Below, piece by piece: positions 10,755 through 20,522 of a stretch of 64,000 nucleotides of DNA. Origin of the DNA: Candidatus Oxydemutatoraceae bacterium (GTDB lineage Bacteria > Pseudomonadota > Gammaproteobacteria > Poriferisulfidales > Oxydemutatoraceae); assembly GCA_965218975.1 (NCBI GenBank), contig OZ244717.1:1312001-1376000 (forward strand), written 5' to 3'. The notes under the pieces are model-generated. The model saw only the letters and a list, made by a program, of their open reading frames with translations, made no database searches and was not told the DNA's origin. Position 1 is the stretch's first letter. Every line of letters begins with the position of its first letter. The translations under genes were made by a program, and so were the position numbers.

Positions 10755-12025
10755 GGCCGGTCTATCAGATTAAATAATCGCGTCAATATTTCCGCTGTCG
10801 ATTGCAGAGTACTATTGCGGATTTTCTGTAAAGGCAGCGAAACAATAGAATCGGTGCGAAAAAGATGTCCGGCATGATCAACCCCCGGAATTCCCGCAGG
10901 GATAAAAACGTCAATGTATTTGTCCGACGGCATTGCCGGATGTGCAATAGCGATTGTCGGCTGCTCTGCTTTAGGCGGGGGGGCCGGATCAAGCGGTGAA
11001 ACCCATATCAATAAGTCGGCCTCCTTACTGTCGAGTAAACGCTGTCCATCGAATCGTAAAATATCGTATTGCGGGAACCCTGCGGCAAATGAAATGCGAT
11101 TTTGATAACCGCATTGCCAAGTTGCGACATGATAGAAACTGATATCGCCACGCGAGCCGCCTAAGGGCATTGCGACGCATCGCACAGTACGGTTGATGGC
11201 TTTGATGGTTCGACTTAACGTTTCAAGCAGCAGCTCCGGATAAGCGCCCTCAAACTCAGCTGCCGACCAGATGATTGCCGAATAGCCGGATTCAAGCAGA
11301 TCTTTTGACAATTGCGATATTGCGCTTGCCGATGCGGTTTTATTTTCTTGAAATGGTGATTTGGCAGATAGAGCAGCACTTAAATGACGTATGCGATCTC
11401 CGAATTCTTTAGGCTCAGTATGGATAACACGATGGCGATAAGACTTCAATGCGCTAGGTACTGCAGTATTTTGCCAAGGCCCGATTAACACGAACTCAGG
11501 GTCTTCTTTACGAAACAATCCGCCATGCTTTGGTACCAGTCGTTCAATGAGGCGCGGGAATCGGGTGAGCGGATATGCGCCGAAGATAACAATAATTTCA
11601 GCGCGATTGGCGACTTCGGAAAGCGTTCCCATAATCCATCCTTCATCTTGCATAACGCGGGTGTTATGCAAGCTGTACCGGCTATTGATATGATCAATAA
11701 CCCCACGGCATCGTTCCGCTAGTCGAACGGTTGCTTTAGCGCCATTCACATCAACCATAAGACCATAAAAAAGCGGATGATGTGCATCGTTTATTAATTG
11801 TGCCGCCGCTTGTAATGCTTCATCAAAGTCGGCGGTAATGTTTCCGATACGATAATCGGGAGTCGTTGCAAACGATGCTTGCTGATAGCAGTCACGGCAG
11901 TACTGTGGCAGTGAAGTGTCGGCCGTTATATTGGTTCCCTGAACAGTTAATCTTAAGTCTTCACACGCAAGTCCGCAAAACGGGCATACGCAGTCATTAA
12001 AGTTTATAGGCTCTTGTGTCGTCAT
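10748..12025 (-). CDS. fhcB: Formyltransferase/hydrolase complex subunit B (FwdB-like)
   Basis: CPFCGLACEDL, TLSEVANRA, WQCGY, GIPGVDHAGHLFRTD; first gene of fhcBADC. Confidence 0.92.
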   Translation of the reverse strand: MTTQEPINFNDCVCPFCGLACEDLRLTVQGTNITADTSLPQYCRDCYQQASFATTPDYRIGNITADFDEALQAAAQLINDAHHPLFYGLMVDVNGAKATVRLAERCRGVIDHINSRYSLHNTRVMQDEGWIMGTLSEVANRAEIIVIFGAYPLTRFPRLIERLVPKHGGLFRKEDPEFVLIGPWQNTAVPSALKSYRHRVIHTEPKEFGDRIRHLSAALSAKSPFQENKTASASAISQLSKDLLESGYSAIIWSAAEFEGAYPELLLETLSRTIKAINRTVRCVAMPLGGSRGDISFYHVATWQCGYQNRISFAAGFPQYDILRFDGQRLLDSKEADLLIWVSPLDPAPPPKAEQPTIAIAHPAMPSDKYIDVFIPAGIPGVDHAGHLFRTDSIVSLPLQKIRNSTLQSTAEILTRLFNLIDRPC

Positions 12026-12489
12026 AGTCGGAAGAAATTAATTGGCGCGGTATTTTCTCTTAGTATATCGTGGGGAGTATTATAACGAATTTTTTTAATA
12101 CCTTATTTTGTGAACTTTAGTGGCGATTTGACTATAAAAGTGTTATTTATTGGATTTATCAAGCAGAATTTTGCAAAAGGAGACGGCTTGGCACAGTTTT
12201 TTTAGGCCCTGCAGCTTATTGAACCATGTAGAGGGGAGACTTGAAAGTAACGGATCATGCTATTGCGATCAAACGACAGCACTCGCGTATTTGCCCGGGG
12301 ATAATTTCATTATTTCTAAAATAGCGACTCTCTTTGTATTGAAGAGAAGGTTTGTTTGATCGGATTTTGGCTTAGGTTGAAGTCCCACATCCCGCTGCCG
12401 CCAATAAGCGATGTTTTATTTAACGATACGCATTTAGTCCATTCTAAGGTCAATTGGGGCCAGACTCGAGTGCAGCAACCTGGGGGGGC

Positions 12490-12562
12490 GATGTGTTGAT
12501 ATTGCATGTCAGTCACCTTTTCGAGTCGTGCCGTGAGTCCCATATGTATCTGGCACTATACC
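12490..12562 (-). mobile_element. Isolated left end of an IS481-family element
   Basis: About 70 bp nearly identical to 18425-18498 (-) and 31189-31260 (+): (T/G)GTATAGTGCC.GATACATATGG...CACGACTCGAAAAGGTGA..GA.ATGCAATATCA.CA. Confidence 0.75.
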
Positions 12563-13213
12563 GTGCGCACCTATAAAGCCATTGCCTTATCTGGTAAATG
12601 TATCGCTTGACGCGTCCAGAAACCTCCTCTGACATATAACGACCAATATAAGGCAGAGCTCGTTTATATTCCTCCTCATGACTTACGCGATCAAAGTATG
12701 CGTCGCGCTTTTGCTTTTCAGGTTCCCTTATCCGCTTATAACGAAAAATTAAATCACCTTTACTGCGGTTACCATCCCAGCTTCTTCCCCGTCCTCTCAT
12801 TGACAGTTTCCTCAACTCCTTATCCCCCTCAAAACCATCATAAAACACAATTAATCTCAGATGTTGTGAATCAACTTTTGAGCCTTCTCGGTTTGATTAG
12901 TGATCTTCTCATAACTTTTGCGATATAGACAACATTCGCGGTAATCCCGAATAAGGAATAATAGCGAATCGACACCTTCTGCCCCAGAAAACAGCCTGGC
13001 ATTTGCCTTATGGCTTTTGTAAAACAGATACTCTAAATGCGGATTTACATGCGCTAGAGGATGAGAGGTCAAAGGAAAAACATTGCGATAAATCGGTACA
13101 TCATTCTTATTGCTTCTAATCCCACAAGTCGGATAGCCGGTGAGATATTCAATGATAAACCGCACCCAGTGATTCCCGCTATGGGGATAACTCAAGAGAA
13201 CATTTTTACCCAT
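12513..13213 (-). pseudogene. Frameshifted sulfotransferase-like gene
   Basis: LLSYPHSGNHWVRF resembles the 5'-PAPS-binding loop and FLIRDYRE the 3'-PB motif; stops at 12857 and continues in another frame (12848-12513), which runs into the IS end. Confidence 0.6.
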
Positions 13214-13430
13214 GATGTTCCCCTATTAATAAGTCTATACCTAAGACCATGTACTATGAACCCTTAACCAAGACAGGTAAGTGAGAGATCAACCCCATAG
13301 CATTGTTCTGTATTGCCCAATAAGACGTTTTGTGTGCCCATAAGGTTCTTTTAGTTACAAGTTTCCTCAATACATGTACCACATAAGCACGAGTGCATGT
13401 TTGGGGCGGAATGCTATACATGGTGTAAGT

Positions 13431-13470
13431 AAAAAGCGGCGCGGTGATTGCAGACCGTCGCGCCGCTTTG
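13431..13470 (-). terminator. Rho-independent terminator of the catalase gene
   Basis: Stem AAAGCGGCGCG/CGCGCCGCTTT followed by a T-run on the minus strand, about 30 bp after the stop. Confidence 0.75.
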
Positions 13471-13497
13471 ACAAATGAAATCGGAAGCCGTCGTTTT

Positions 13498-15018
13498 CTA
13501 GCCGACAACCCTGCTATCTACGTTCATATCCGACTGTTGTTCCGGGGGAGGACTTTTTGTCTCACTCATTCCTAATGCTTGTCTGGCACCTTCCCCGTAA
13601 CCGGGGTCGGCAGCGTCAAAATGAGCAAGTTGTCGTTCAATAATCTCCCGCGGGACACTTTGCATTGCTTCGGCAATATTCCGGAACAGACGTTGTTTCT
13701 GCTCACTGTCGAATAAGCGGAACAGATTACCCGGTTGAGTATAATCGTCATTTCCTTCACGGTGATTGTAGCGATCAGCCGATTCGCCTGATAATTCAAG
13801 CGGCGGCTCCCGATAAGCGGGATCTTCTACCGGACCGTTCATGCTATTCGGTTCGTAGTAAGCGTCCGGATTGCCCACGTCGTTGCGGAAGAAGCGCATG
13901 ATGCCATCCTTATTATAATGGTGCATCGGGCACTTCGGCGCATTTACCGGCATTGCTTCATAGTGTGTGCCAAGTCTGTAGCGATGAGCGTCGGCATATG
14001 AAAAAATACGTGCCTGTAACATTTTATCGGGCGAAAAACTGATGCCGGGCACGATGTTAGAGGGGGAGAATGCTGCATACTCGATTTCAGTAAAGTAGTT
14101 ATCCGGATTACGGTTCAATTCCATTACACCGACATCAATCAATGGGAATTCGGCGTGCGGCCAAACTTTAGTCAAATCAAAAGGATTATACGAAGTTTGT
14201 TTTGCTTGCTCCTCAGTCATCACCTGAATTTTTAAGTTCCATTTCGGAAAATCGCCCTTTTCGATGCTGCCATACAGTTTTTCTTGGTAGCTTTCACGGG
14301 TTTGGCCGACCACTTTTGCCGCTTCGGCGTTGGTGTGGAATCTATGTCCTTGGCATGTTTTGAAATGGAACTTCACCCAATGCCTGACGCCATCAGCATT
14401 GATCAGGCTAAAAGCATGGGAGCTATAGCCGTTCATGTGCATAGGCGAAATCGGCAAACCGCGGTCGGACATTAGGATCGTTACTTGATGTAGACTTTCG
14501 GGGCTCAGTGACCAGAAATCCCACATCGCTGTCGGGCTGCGCAGATTCGTTTTGGGATGGCGCTTCTGCGTGCGGATGAAATCCGGGAATTTATAAGGAT
14601 CGCGGACAAAGAAGACCGGAGTATTATTTCCAACCATGTCCCAGTTTCCTTCTTCCGTGTAGAATTTCAACGCGAAACCACGGACGTCACGTTCAGCATC
14701 GGCAGCGCCGACTTCGCCGGCAACTGTTGAAAAACGTGCTAGCATCGGAGCCTGTTTTCCAACTTTAGAAAAGATAGCTGCTTTCGTATATTTTGTGATG
14801 TCGTGTGTGACGGTAAATGTTCCGTGGGCACCCCAACCTTTCGCATGTACGACCCTTTCGGGAATACGCTCGCGATTTTGATGCGCTAGTTTTTCGATGA
14901 GTTGATAATCTTGCAGCAGAAGTGGACCCCGTTTCCCAGCTGAAATGCTGTTTTGGTTATCGGCAACCGGATTACCTGCTGAAGTGGTAAGGGTTGGCCG
15001 CTTATGTCCATTTTTCAT
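13498..15018 (-). CDS. katA: Monofunctional heme catalase (small subunit)
   Basis: [13 protein letters not shown] (distal His), [32 protein letters not shown] (proximal Tyr); start at ATG 15018 with a GGAG RBS. Confidence 0.95.
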   Translation of the reverse strand: MKNGHKRPTLTTSAGNPVADNQNSISAGKRGPLLLQDYQLIEKLAHQNRERIPERVVHAKGWGAHGTFTVTHDITKYTKAAIFSKVGKQAPMLARFSTVAGEVGAADAERDVRGFALKFYTEEGNWDMVGNNTPVFFVRDPYKFPDFIRTQKRHPKTNLRSPTAMWDFWSLSPESLHQVTILMSDRGLPISPMHMNGYSSHAFSLINADGVRHWVKFHFKTCQGHRFHTNAEAAKVVGQTRESYQEKLYGSIEKGDFPKWNLKIQVMTEEQAKQTSYNPFDLTKVWPHAEFPLIDVGVMELNRNPDNYFTEIEYAAFSPSNIVPGISFSPDKMLQARIFSYADAHRYRLGTHYEAMPVNAPKCPMHHYNKDGIMRFFRNDVGNPDAYYEPNSMNGPVEDPAYREPPLELSGESADRYNHREGNDDYTQPGNLFRLFDSEQKQRLFRNIAEAMQSVPREIIERQLAHFDAADPGYGEGARQALGMSETKSPPPEQQSDMNVDSRVVG

Positions 15019-15207
15019 AAAACTTCTCCTAAAAGTAATTGATACTATAATAACAATAATACTCAATTAATGTCGTTCATTCAATAAATATAGAATTTAT
15101 CAATTCATAAATTATTAAAATATATAGATAATTTACTAAAGTTCATGTACGGTGCACTCCAATAGGATTTTTGAGGGCTTTAAAAGAAGCGTCCGGCAGT
15201 AACATTC

Positions 15208-15755
15208 GGGCGAGACGCGCCCGGAAGACCAATTGGTTTTCAGCGGCGAACGACCCGACAAGGACGTCGGGGCTGGGGCTTGTTGGCAGAACCAAATCTC
15301 GTCATGGATAACAGGCACTTTGCCGACAATCCGGCACAATCCGCCGACAATCTGCTACCAAACACAAAATGGGTGAGACGCGCCCGGAAAACCAAATGGT
15401 TTTCAGCGGCGAACGACCCGACAAGGATGTCGGGGCTGGGGCTTGTTGGCAGAACCAAATCTCGTCATGGGTGAGCCGTGCCCGGAAAACCGAACGGTTT
15501 TCAGCGGCGAACGACCCGACAAGGACGTCGGGGCTGGGGCTTGTTGGCAGAACCAAATCTCGTCATGGATAACAGGCACTTTGCCGACAATCCGGCACAA
15601 TCCGCCGACAATCTGCCACTAAACACAAAATGGGTGAGACGCGCCCGGAAAACCAAATGGTTTTCAGCGGTGAATGATCCGACAAGGACGTCGGGGCTGG
15701 GGTTCATTCGCAGAACCAAGTCTCGTCATGGACGACAGACACTTTACCGAAAATA
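15208..15755 (+). repeat. Tandem array of a ~98 bp unit (4 copies) and a ~64 bp unit (2 copies plus a partial)
   Basis: The unit GGGTGAGACGCGCCCGGAAAACCAAATGGTTTTCAGCGGCGAACGACCCGACAAGGA...CTCGTCAT starts near 15208, 15371, 15468 and 15632; it also occurs inverted at about 31790-32035 and 51580-51645. Confidence 0.9.
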
Positions 15756-15769
15756 ATGAAGGAGCTGCT

Positions 15770-16089
15770 AGGCAATGACTTGACACGGGACCATATCGTT
15801 TAATCCCCGGTGGAGGTGCCCGCCGTTGTAACGTTGCGGGTAATTGATCATCTGCCGGTTAGACTCACCGATGTCTTCAGGCAACCGCACTTCCCGGCAG
15901 GCTGTCGTTCTTCGTCAAATGTGCTCGGTGACATCCTGGTCCGCAGTTTCCCCCGAAACGGCAAGCTGGTCACCGATCGGCAGGGAACGCCGGGGGGACG
16001 CCATGTGTTGCGGCCGGGCCATGTTTGTCCCGGAATAGCAGGGCTTCAAGTTTCTGCTGGGCTTTGGTTCTTATCGTCGTCTCTGTTTT
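15770..16089 (-). mobile_element. Decayed IS481-family transposase remnant
   Basis: Minus strand gives KAQQKLEALLFRDKHG (N-terminal HTH) and NRQMINYPQRYNGGHLHRGLNDMVP (C-terminal YN..RPH.SL...P-like); abuts the IS1634 end. Confidence 0.6.
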
Positions 16090-18002
16090 CTTGACTTCAT
16101 AGGTTTTGGCTCGTAAGTGATTGATATTATTGCCCTCATGATTCTCAAGGGCACTACATTACGGTGTTGTTTGTAGCCCTCCGCGCTCAGCTTCCCCCAG
16201 GACGTGACTTGTCGGGAAGCGGGAACGGAGCTTCGTTCCATTTCAGGCCGACACTACGGTAGATCCTATTGGCGTCCGCACTCGCGCGGCTCGGCATCGC
16301 ATACCGCTTCTGTGTGTCGGTACGTACCAAGATGCTCAACTGCAAGGTGTCGAGCTCGCGCCGGGTCCGTTCCGCGCTCATCGGGAAGCCCAGTGCCTTA
16401 AGCCGCCGGCGCAGCTGCTGCAAACAGCAGAAGGCCATGTAGCAGATCGCAATGTGTGCCTGGATACGCCGCGGCTTCCAGTGAAAGATCGGGCGGATGC
16501 AAAGGTCATGCTTGTTGGTGCGAAAGCAATGTTCTACTTCTCACAACCGGCGGTACTGCGACAGCAACTCCTTCGATGCCGTCTCCTCGTTGCCGTGCGC
16601 GATGATTGCGCGCAGGCCGTCCCAACGTGCCGCATCGGCCACCTTGGTCACATCAATCTTAACCCGGCCCTTTGCAGGGAAGCTTAAGTAACAGGCATAG
16701 CCGCGCGACACGAAACCTGCCGGGTGCTCGCTGCGTTGATACTTCCGGCGCAACTGTGCCAATATGCGTTCCCGAACTTCCCGGTCCTTGCGCGTGCGCC
16801 GGCGCGAATAGGTGACTATGATCCGCCGACCTTCGTGGCGAATCATCCGGTAACGCAGGTCCTGCGTTTTGAGCCAGCCTTGATCGTCTGCTGCACTGAG
16901 CGCCTGCAGCTTGATCTTGGCCGAGGCCGACTTGAGACGATAGCCGAGCACATAGGCCAAGCCCTGCTCCTGCAGGAATGTCTGGTTCTCACGGCTCAGC
17001 ATCGCCGCATCGGCCACTACTGTAAATACAGCACCCGGATGTCGCTGTTGCAGGGTTGTCACTGCCTGCATCAAGGTCTTGCCCTCAAAGGTGTTGCCCG
17101 GCAACAGTGCGTAGTCCACCGGCAGACCGTCGCAGGTCGTCATCAGTGCCAGCAACACCTGGCAGCGGTGCGGTTTGCCGTCCTTGCTGTAGCCCTTTGC
17201 GCGCAACGGGTCCTCTTGCTCGCTCTTAAAGTACAGGGTCGTGCAATCAAAGAAGAACACTTTGAGGGGCTGATCATACAACTTCTGTGCCGCCTGATGA
17301 GACTGTTCCCGGATGCGCGCAATCACCGCCTCCTCAAGGTGGTCCATAGTCTGGTAAACCCGGTCGAGATTGAGCGAAACGCCGCCGCTTCGTTCCAATC
17401 CGCACACCGTGGCACGCTTGCTCTGCGGCTGCGCGATACGCGCCAGCACCAGCTCGCGCAGAATGCGGTTGGCTGCCGTACGCCGTGCACCCAACACCTG
17501 GTTCCAACCCAGGTGCGAATAAATCTGCGTGAACGCCTCGCGCACCCCAAGCATCAGCCGCATCTCCTCACGGCATTCGGCAAGATCTACCCCGAAGCGC
17601 GCCAGCCGTGGTGCCAGCCGCGCCTCAGCTGCGAGATCCGCGTACTGCTTCAGTGTGAACAGCGACTGCTGTGCTGTACCGGCTTGGCGCAGCTCTTCCA
17701 AGGTGACCTCGCCGAGCTTGCGCAAAGATGCAAGCTGCTCGGGACTGTCGGCAGTGCCGATATGCCGCACCACACGCTGACGGGGACCATCGGCAGTGCG
17801 CACGGAACGTACAATCTGCAAGCGAGTGCGGCTACGTTCGGGGGCATATTTTTCACGCAAGTACATAGACCCGAATGATAACCCAAAACTAAAGTGAAAA
17901 TAAGTCTGAGGGCACTACAATAGATTTTTCGGCGGCACCCGGATAACCCTATGATAATAAAGGATTTATTTTTCCCCAAAGGTCAAAACCTACGAAGTCA
18001 AG
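16090..18002 (-). mobile_element. IS1634-family insertion sequence, about 1.9 kb
   Basis: Terminal inverted repeats CTTGACTTCATAGGTTTTG (16090) and CAAAACCTACGAAGTCAAG (ends 18002); clearly more GC-rich than the flanks. Confidence 0.85.
16187..17866 (-). pseudogene. IS1634-family DDE transposase with one in-frame TGA at 16541-16543
   Basis: LQIVRSVR..GPRQRVVRHIG, FFDCTTLYF, GYSKDGKP, VVADAAM, then YRRL*EVEHCFRTNKHDL.IRPIFHW..RRIQAHIAICYMA in the same frame. Confidence 0.9.
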
Positions 18003-18189
18003 AAAGCCGTCCTCTACATGGACGCATGCATATAGATCCTGCTGAGAGGTTGAGGTTGGAGCAGTTAAGAATTGATCAGGGATTAGCTCGGCATTGTAAT
18101 GCTTGTAAGAGATAGCTGAATCCCGCAAAAATCCCCATAATACTGCAACTTCCCTTCCTTCAACCTGTGCCTGATCAAGTCGGTATTTA

Positions 18190-18498
18190 ACTTTGGTGTT
18201 TTAGTATCCCGCTTTGTCGCAGTCTTGCAAGGCACTGAGCCCAGTGCGGGTGATAGCACTGACGCCACCGATACAAAGTGAGGCAGCTGACCTTGAATGC
18301 GTTCGGGAGTTACAACCCTCCCAAAATAATAGGGCATCATATTTCTGTTGAGCCGTTGTGTTCATAATAGCCTCTATTTTTGAAGCAAAATTGGCTATTT
18401 TATAGAAACCTTTGATGCGGTGGCTGATATGTTGATATTGCATATCGGTCACCTTTTCGAGTCGTGCCGTGAGTTCCATATGTATCTGGCACTATACA
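18190..18498 (-). mobile_element. Decayed IS481-family element (left end and HTH region)
   Basis: Begins TGTATAGTGCC; encodes MQYQHISHRIKGFY...TAQQKYDALLFW, then frameshifted AFKVSCLTLYRWR; homologous to 31189-31500. Confidence 0.75.
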
Positions 18499-18637
18499 AC
18501 GAAATTCGCACGTCGGTTATGCAAGGTATGTAATCGGCTGGCGGACTCATACAAACGGTGGTTATGCTGCCGCATCCGATTATAATAGCCGTATTCATGC
18601 AATATGCTTTTGTAATCTCAAATTAAGAATCTAGCAC

Positions 18638-19609
18638 GTGGCGGCAATTTCTTCGGTAAAGCCTTTTATTGTTCGGGCGCCTGCCCGCCTGCATTTTGGT
18701 TTTTTGGACCTGCATGGCGGTATCGGTCGACGGTTCGGCGGTTCGGGTATGGCGCTAGTCATGCCGATGTTAAGAATAAAAGTGCAGCCGGCGTCAACAT
18801 TTGTCGTAAGAGGAGAGGCCAATGAGCGGATTCAAGCGGTTGCCAAACATTTATTTAATTATTATCAATGTGCGCCGTTTGGGGATTTTGAGGTACAAAG
18901 GACAATTCCCGAGCATCATGGCTTAGGTTCGGGCACACAAACCGCATTAGCAATGGGACATGCCATTGCCCGTTTATGCGACATTAGGAGCAATAGCATA
19001 GCCATCGCACAACAAACCGGCAGAGGTAGGCGTTCCGGTATTGGCATTGGTGCATTTGATTGTGGCGGATTTTTAGTTGACGGTGGGAAAAAGGGACATG
19101 AGCCGGCACCGATTATCGCGCGTATCGGTGTGCCTCGATCATGGCGCGCAATATTGATCACCTGTGTTCAGGACGTTGGGGTCCATGGAGTGGCGGAAAA
19201 AAAAAGATTCGATAATTTACCTGATTTTTCCGAAGATGACGCAAAATTCTTGTGCCGCATTCTGTTGCTTGGTATCTTGCCGGCGTTGGTGCAAGGCGAT
19301 TTCGGCACGTTTGCAAGAATGTTGACTCGGATGCAAGATAAAGTCGGCGATTACTTTGCTGCAGTGCAAGGCAATCGTTATGCAAATCCAAAAGTTTGTG
19401 AAGTGTTGGAATATTTGCGTAGACATAATGTTCAATGTACCGGTCAAAGTTCGTGGGGACCCACTGGGTTCGTGTTGACACCAAGTATAAACGTTGCACG
19501 ACGAGTGGTAGATTTAGTTCGTGCACAGTTTGACCGGGATTCCGGTATCCGTGTGAGCATTACTCAGGCAGATAATCAGGGTGGATTTATTTCAAACGAC
19601 AACATATAG
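18638..19609 (+). CDS. mptG: beta-ribofuranosylaminobenzene 5'-phosphate synthase (GHMP kinase fold; orf4)
   Basis: APARLHFGFLDL, IPEHHGLGSGTQ, RSGIGIGAF..GGFLVDGG, GQSSWGPTGF. Confidence 0.93.
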   Translation: MAAISSVKPFIVRAPARLHFGFLDLHGGIGRRFGGSGMALVMPMLRIKVQPASTFVVRGEANERIQAVAKHLFNYYQCAPFGDFEVQRTIPEHHGLGSGTQTALAMGHAIARLCDIRSNSIAIAQQTGRGRRSGIGIGAFDCGGFLVDGGKKGHEPAPIIARIGVPRSWRAILITCVQDVGVHGVAEKKRFDNLPDFSEDDAKFLCRILLLGILPALVQGDFGTFARMLTRMQDKVGDYFAAVQGNRYANPKVCEVLEYLRRHNVQCTGQSSWGPTGFVLTPSINVARRVVDLVRAQFDRDSGIRVSITQADNQGGFISNDNI

Positions 19610-19619
19610 GTGAAACGTT

Positions 19620-20522
19620 ATGGACAAGCATTTTATATTGCATATGCTGACAACCGAGAAAAACCTCAGCCCATTTGACGTCAATATGGCGGCAGATGCG
19701 GGATGGCAACATATTATTCCGTACACCTCGATTGTTGAGGATGAAGTATGCGCTTTGATTCAAGACGCAATTTTTTCGCGCGGACCTTCAGGTGTTAAAC
19801 GTACTGGTGTATTCATTGGCGGCCGTGACTTATTCGTTGCGCTCAAGATGTTGAATATAGCGCGTAAGAGCATGGTGCCACCGTTTGAGATTTCGTGTTT
19901 TGCTGATCCGAGCGGAGCATTCACGACTGCTGCTGGGATGATCGCGATGGCTGAAAGACACCTTGCGCAATCGGATAAGAGTGGGTTTGGCGGTAAGAAA
20001 GTAGTGGTTTTAGGCGGTACCGGCCCGGTAGGTGCCGTTGCCGGAATTTTGGCAAGTAAAGCAGGCGCTGACGTATTTCTGATTAGTCGCAACATGGAGA
20101 AAGCAGCAGCGATGGTATCGCGTTGTCAGGAACTGATGGGTCCGTTAAAAATGCACCCCGGCGATGAAATGACGAAGCAGACTGAATTGCCGACCACACA
20201 TATCGTGCTCGCCGCCGCCGCCGCCGGAGTGCAGGTGATGAATGAAGCAGCGCTTGCCGCTGCCGCGCAGTTGCAAGTAGCGGCCGATGTAAATGCGGTG
20301 CCGCCGTTGGGTATCGCAGGCGTTGAAGTTCGGCACGACAGTGAACCGATTGTCACCTCAACATCGAATGCGGTTGGGATTGGTGCGTTGGCGGTCGGTA
20401 ATGTAAAGTATCAGACGCAACATCGACTGTTTAAGAAGATGCATATAAGCGATAAACCGGTGTATCTGCATTTCGAACATGCATGTGACGTAGCGCGGGA
20501 GTGTGTGCGAGAAGGCAGTTGA
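19620..20522 (+). CDS. mtdB: NAD(P)-dependent methylene-H4MPT dehydrogenase
   Basis: SPFDVNMAADAG, QDAIFSRGP, ADPSGAFTTAA, GGTGPVG, DVNAVPP.G, GALAVGNVKY. Confidence 0.93.
   Translation: MDKHFILHMLTTEKNLSPFDVNMAADAGWQHIIPYTSIVEDEVCALIQDAIFSRGPSGVKRTGVFIGGRDLFVALKMLNIARKSMVPPFEISCFADPSGAFTTAAGMIAMAERHLAQSDKSGFGGKKVVVLGGTGPVGAVAGILASKAGADVFLISRNMEKAAAMVSRCQELMGPLKMHPGDEMTKQTELPTTHIVLAAAAAGVQVMNEAALAAAAQLQVAADVNAVPPLGIAGVEVRHDSEPIVTSTSNAVGIGALAVGNVKYQTQHRLFKKMHISDKPVYLHFEHACDVARECVREGS

Noticed and set aside
7367-12025. Archaeal or methanogen origin (fwd genes)
   Set aside because: The fhcBADC order, mtdB, fae and the flanking proteobacterial dcw cluster match the bacterial H4MPT oxidation module.
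15020-15140. OxyR binding site upstream of the catalase
   Set aside because: Only one ATAG-N7-CAAT-like half is visible in very AT-rich DNA, which is not enough to call.
15208-15755. CRISPR array
   Set aside because: Units are about 98 bp, the intervening 64-bp segments are copies of each other rather than unique spacers, and no cas genes are present.
15136-15756. Cluster of 60-90 aa ORFs on both strands
   Set aside because: They are translations of the tandem repeat; no RBS or coherent product.
16541-16543. TGA recoding (Trp or selenocysteine)
   Set aside because: TGA is a normal stop elsewhere (fae, znuA) and housekeeping genes use TGG; the second IS copy has TGG, so this is a simple nonsense change.
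16724-17878. 384-aa plus-strand ORF
   Set aside because: Antisense shadow of the GC-rich IS1634 transposase.
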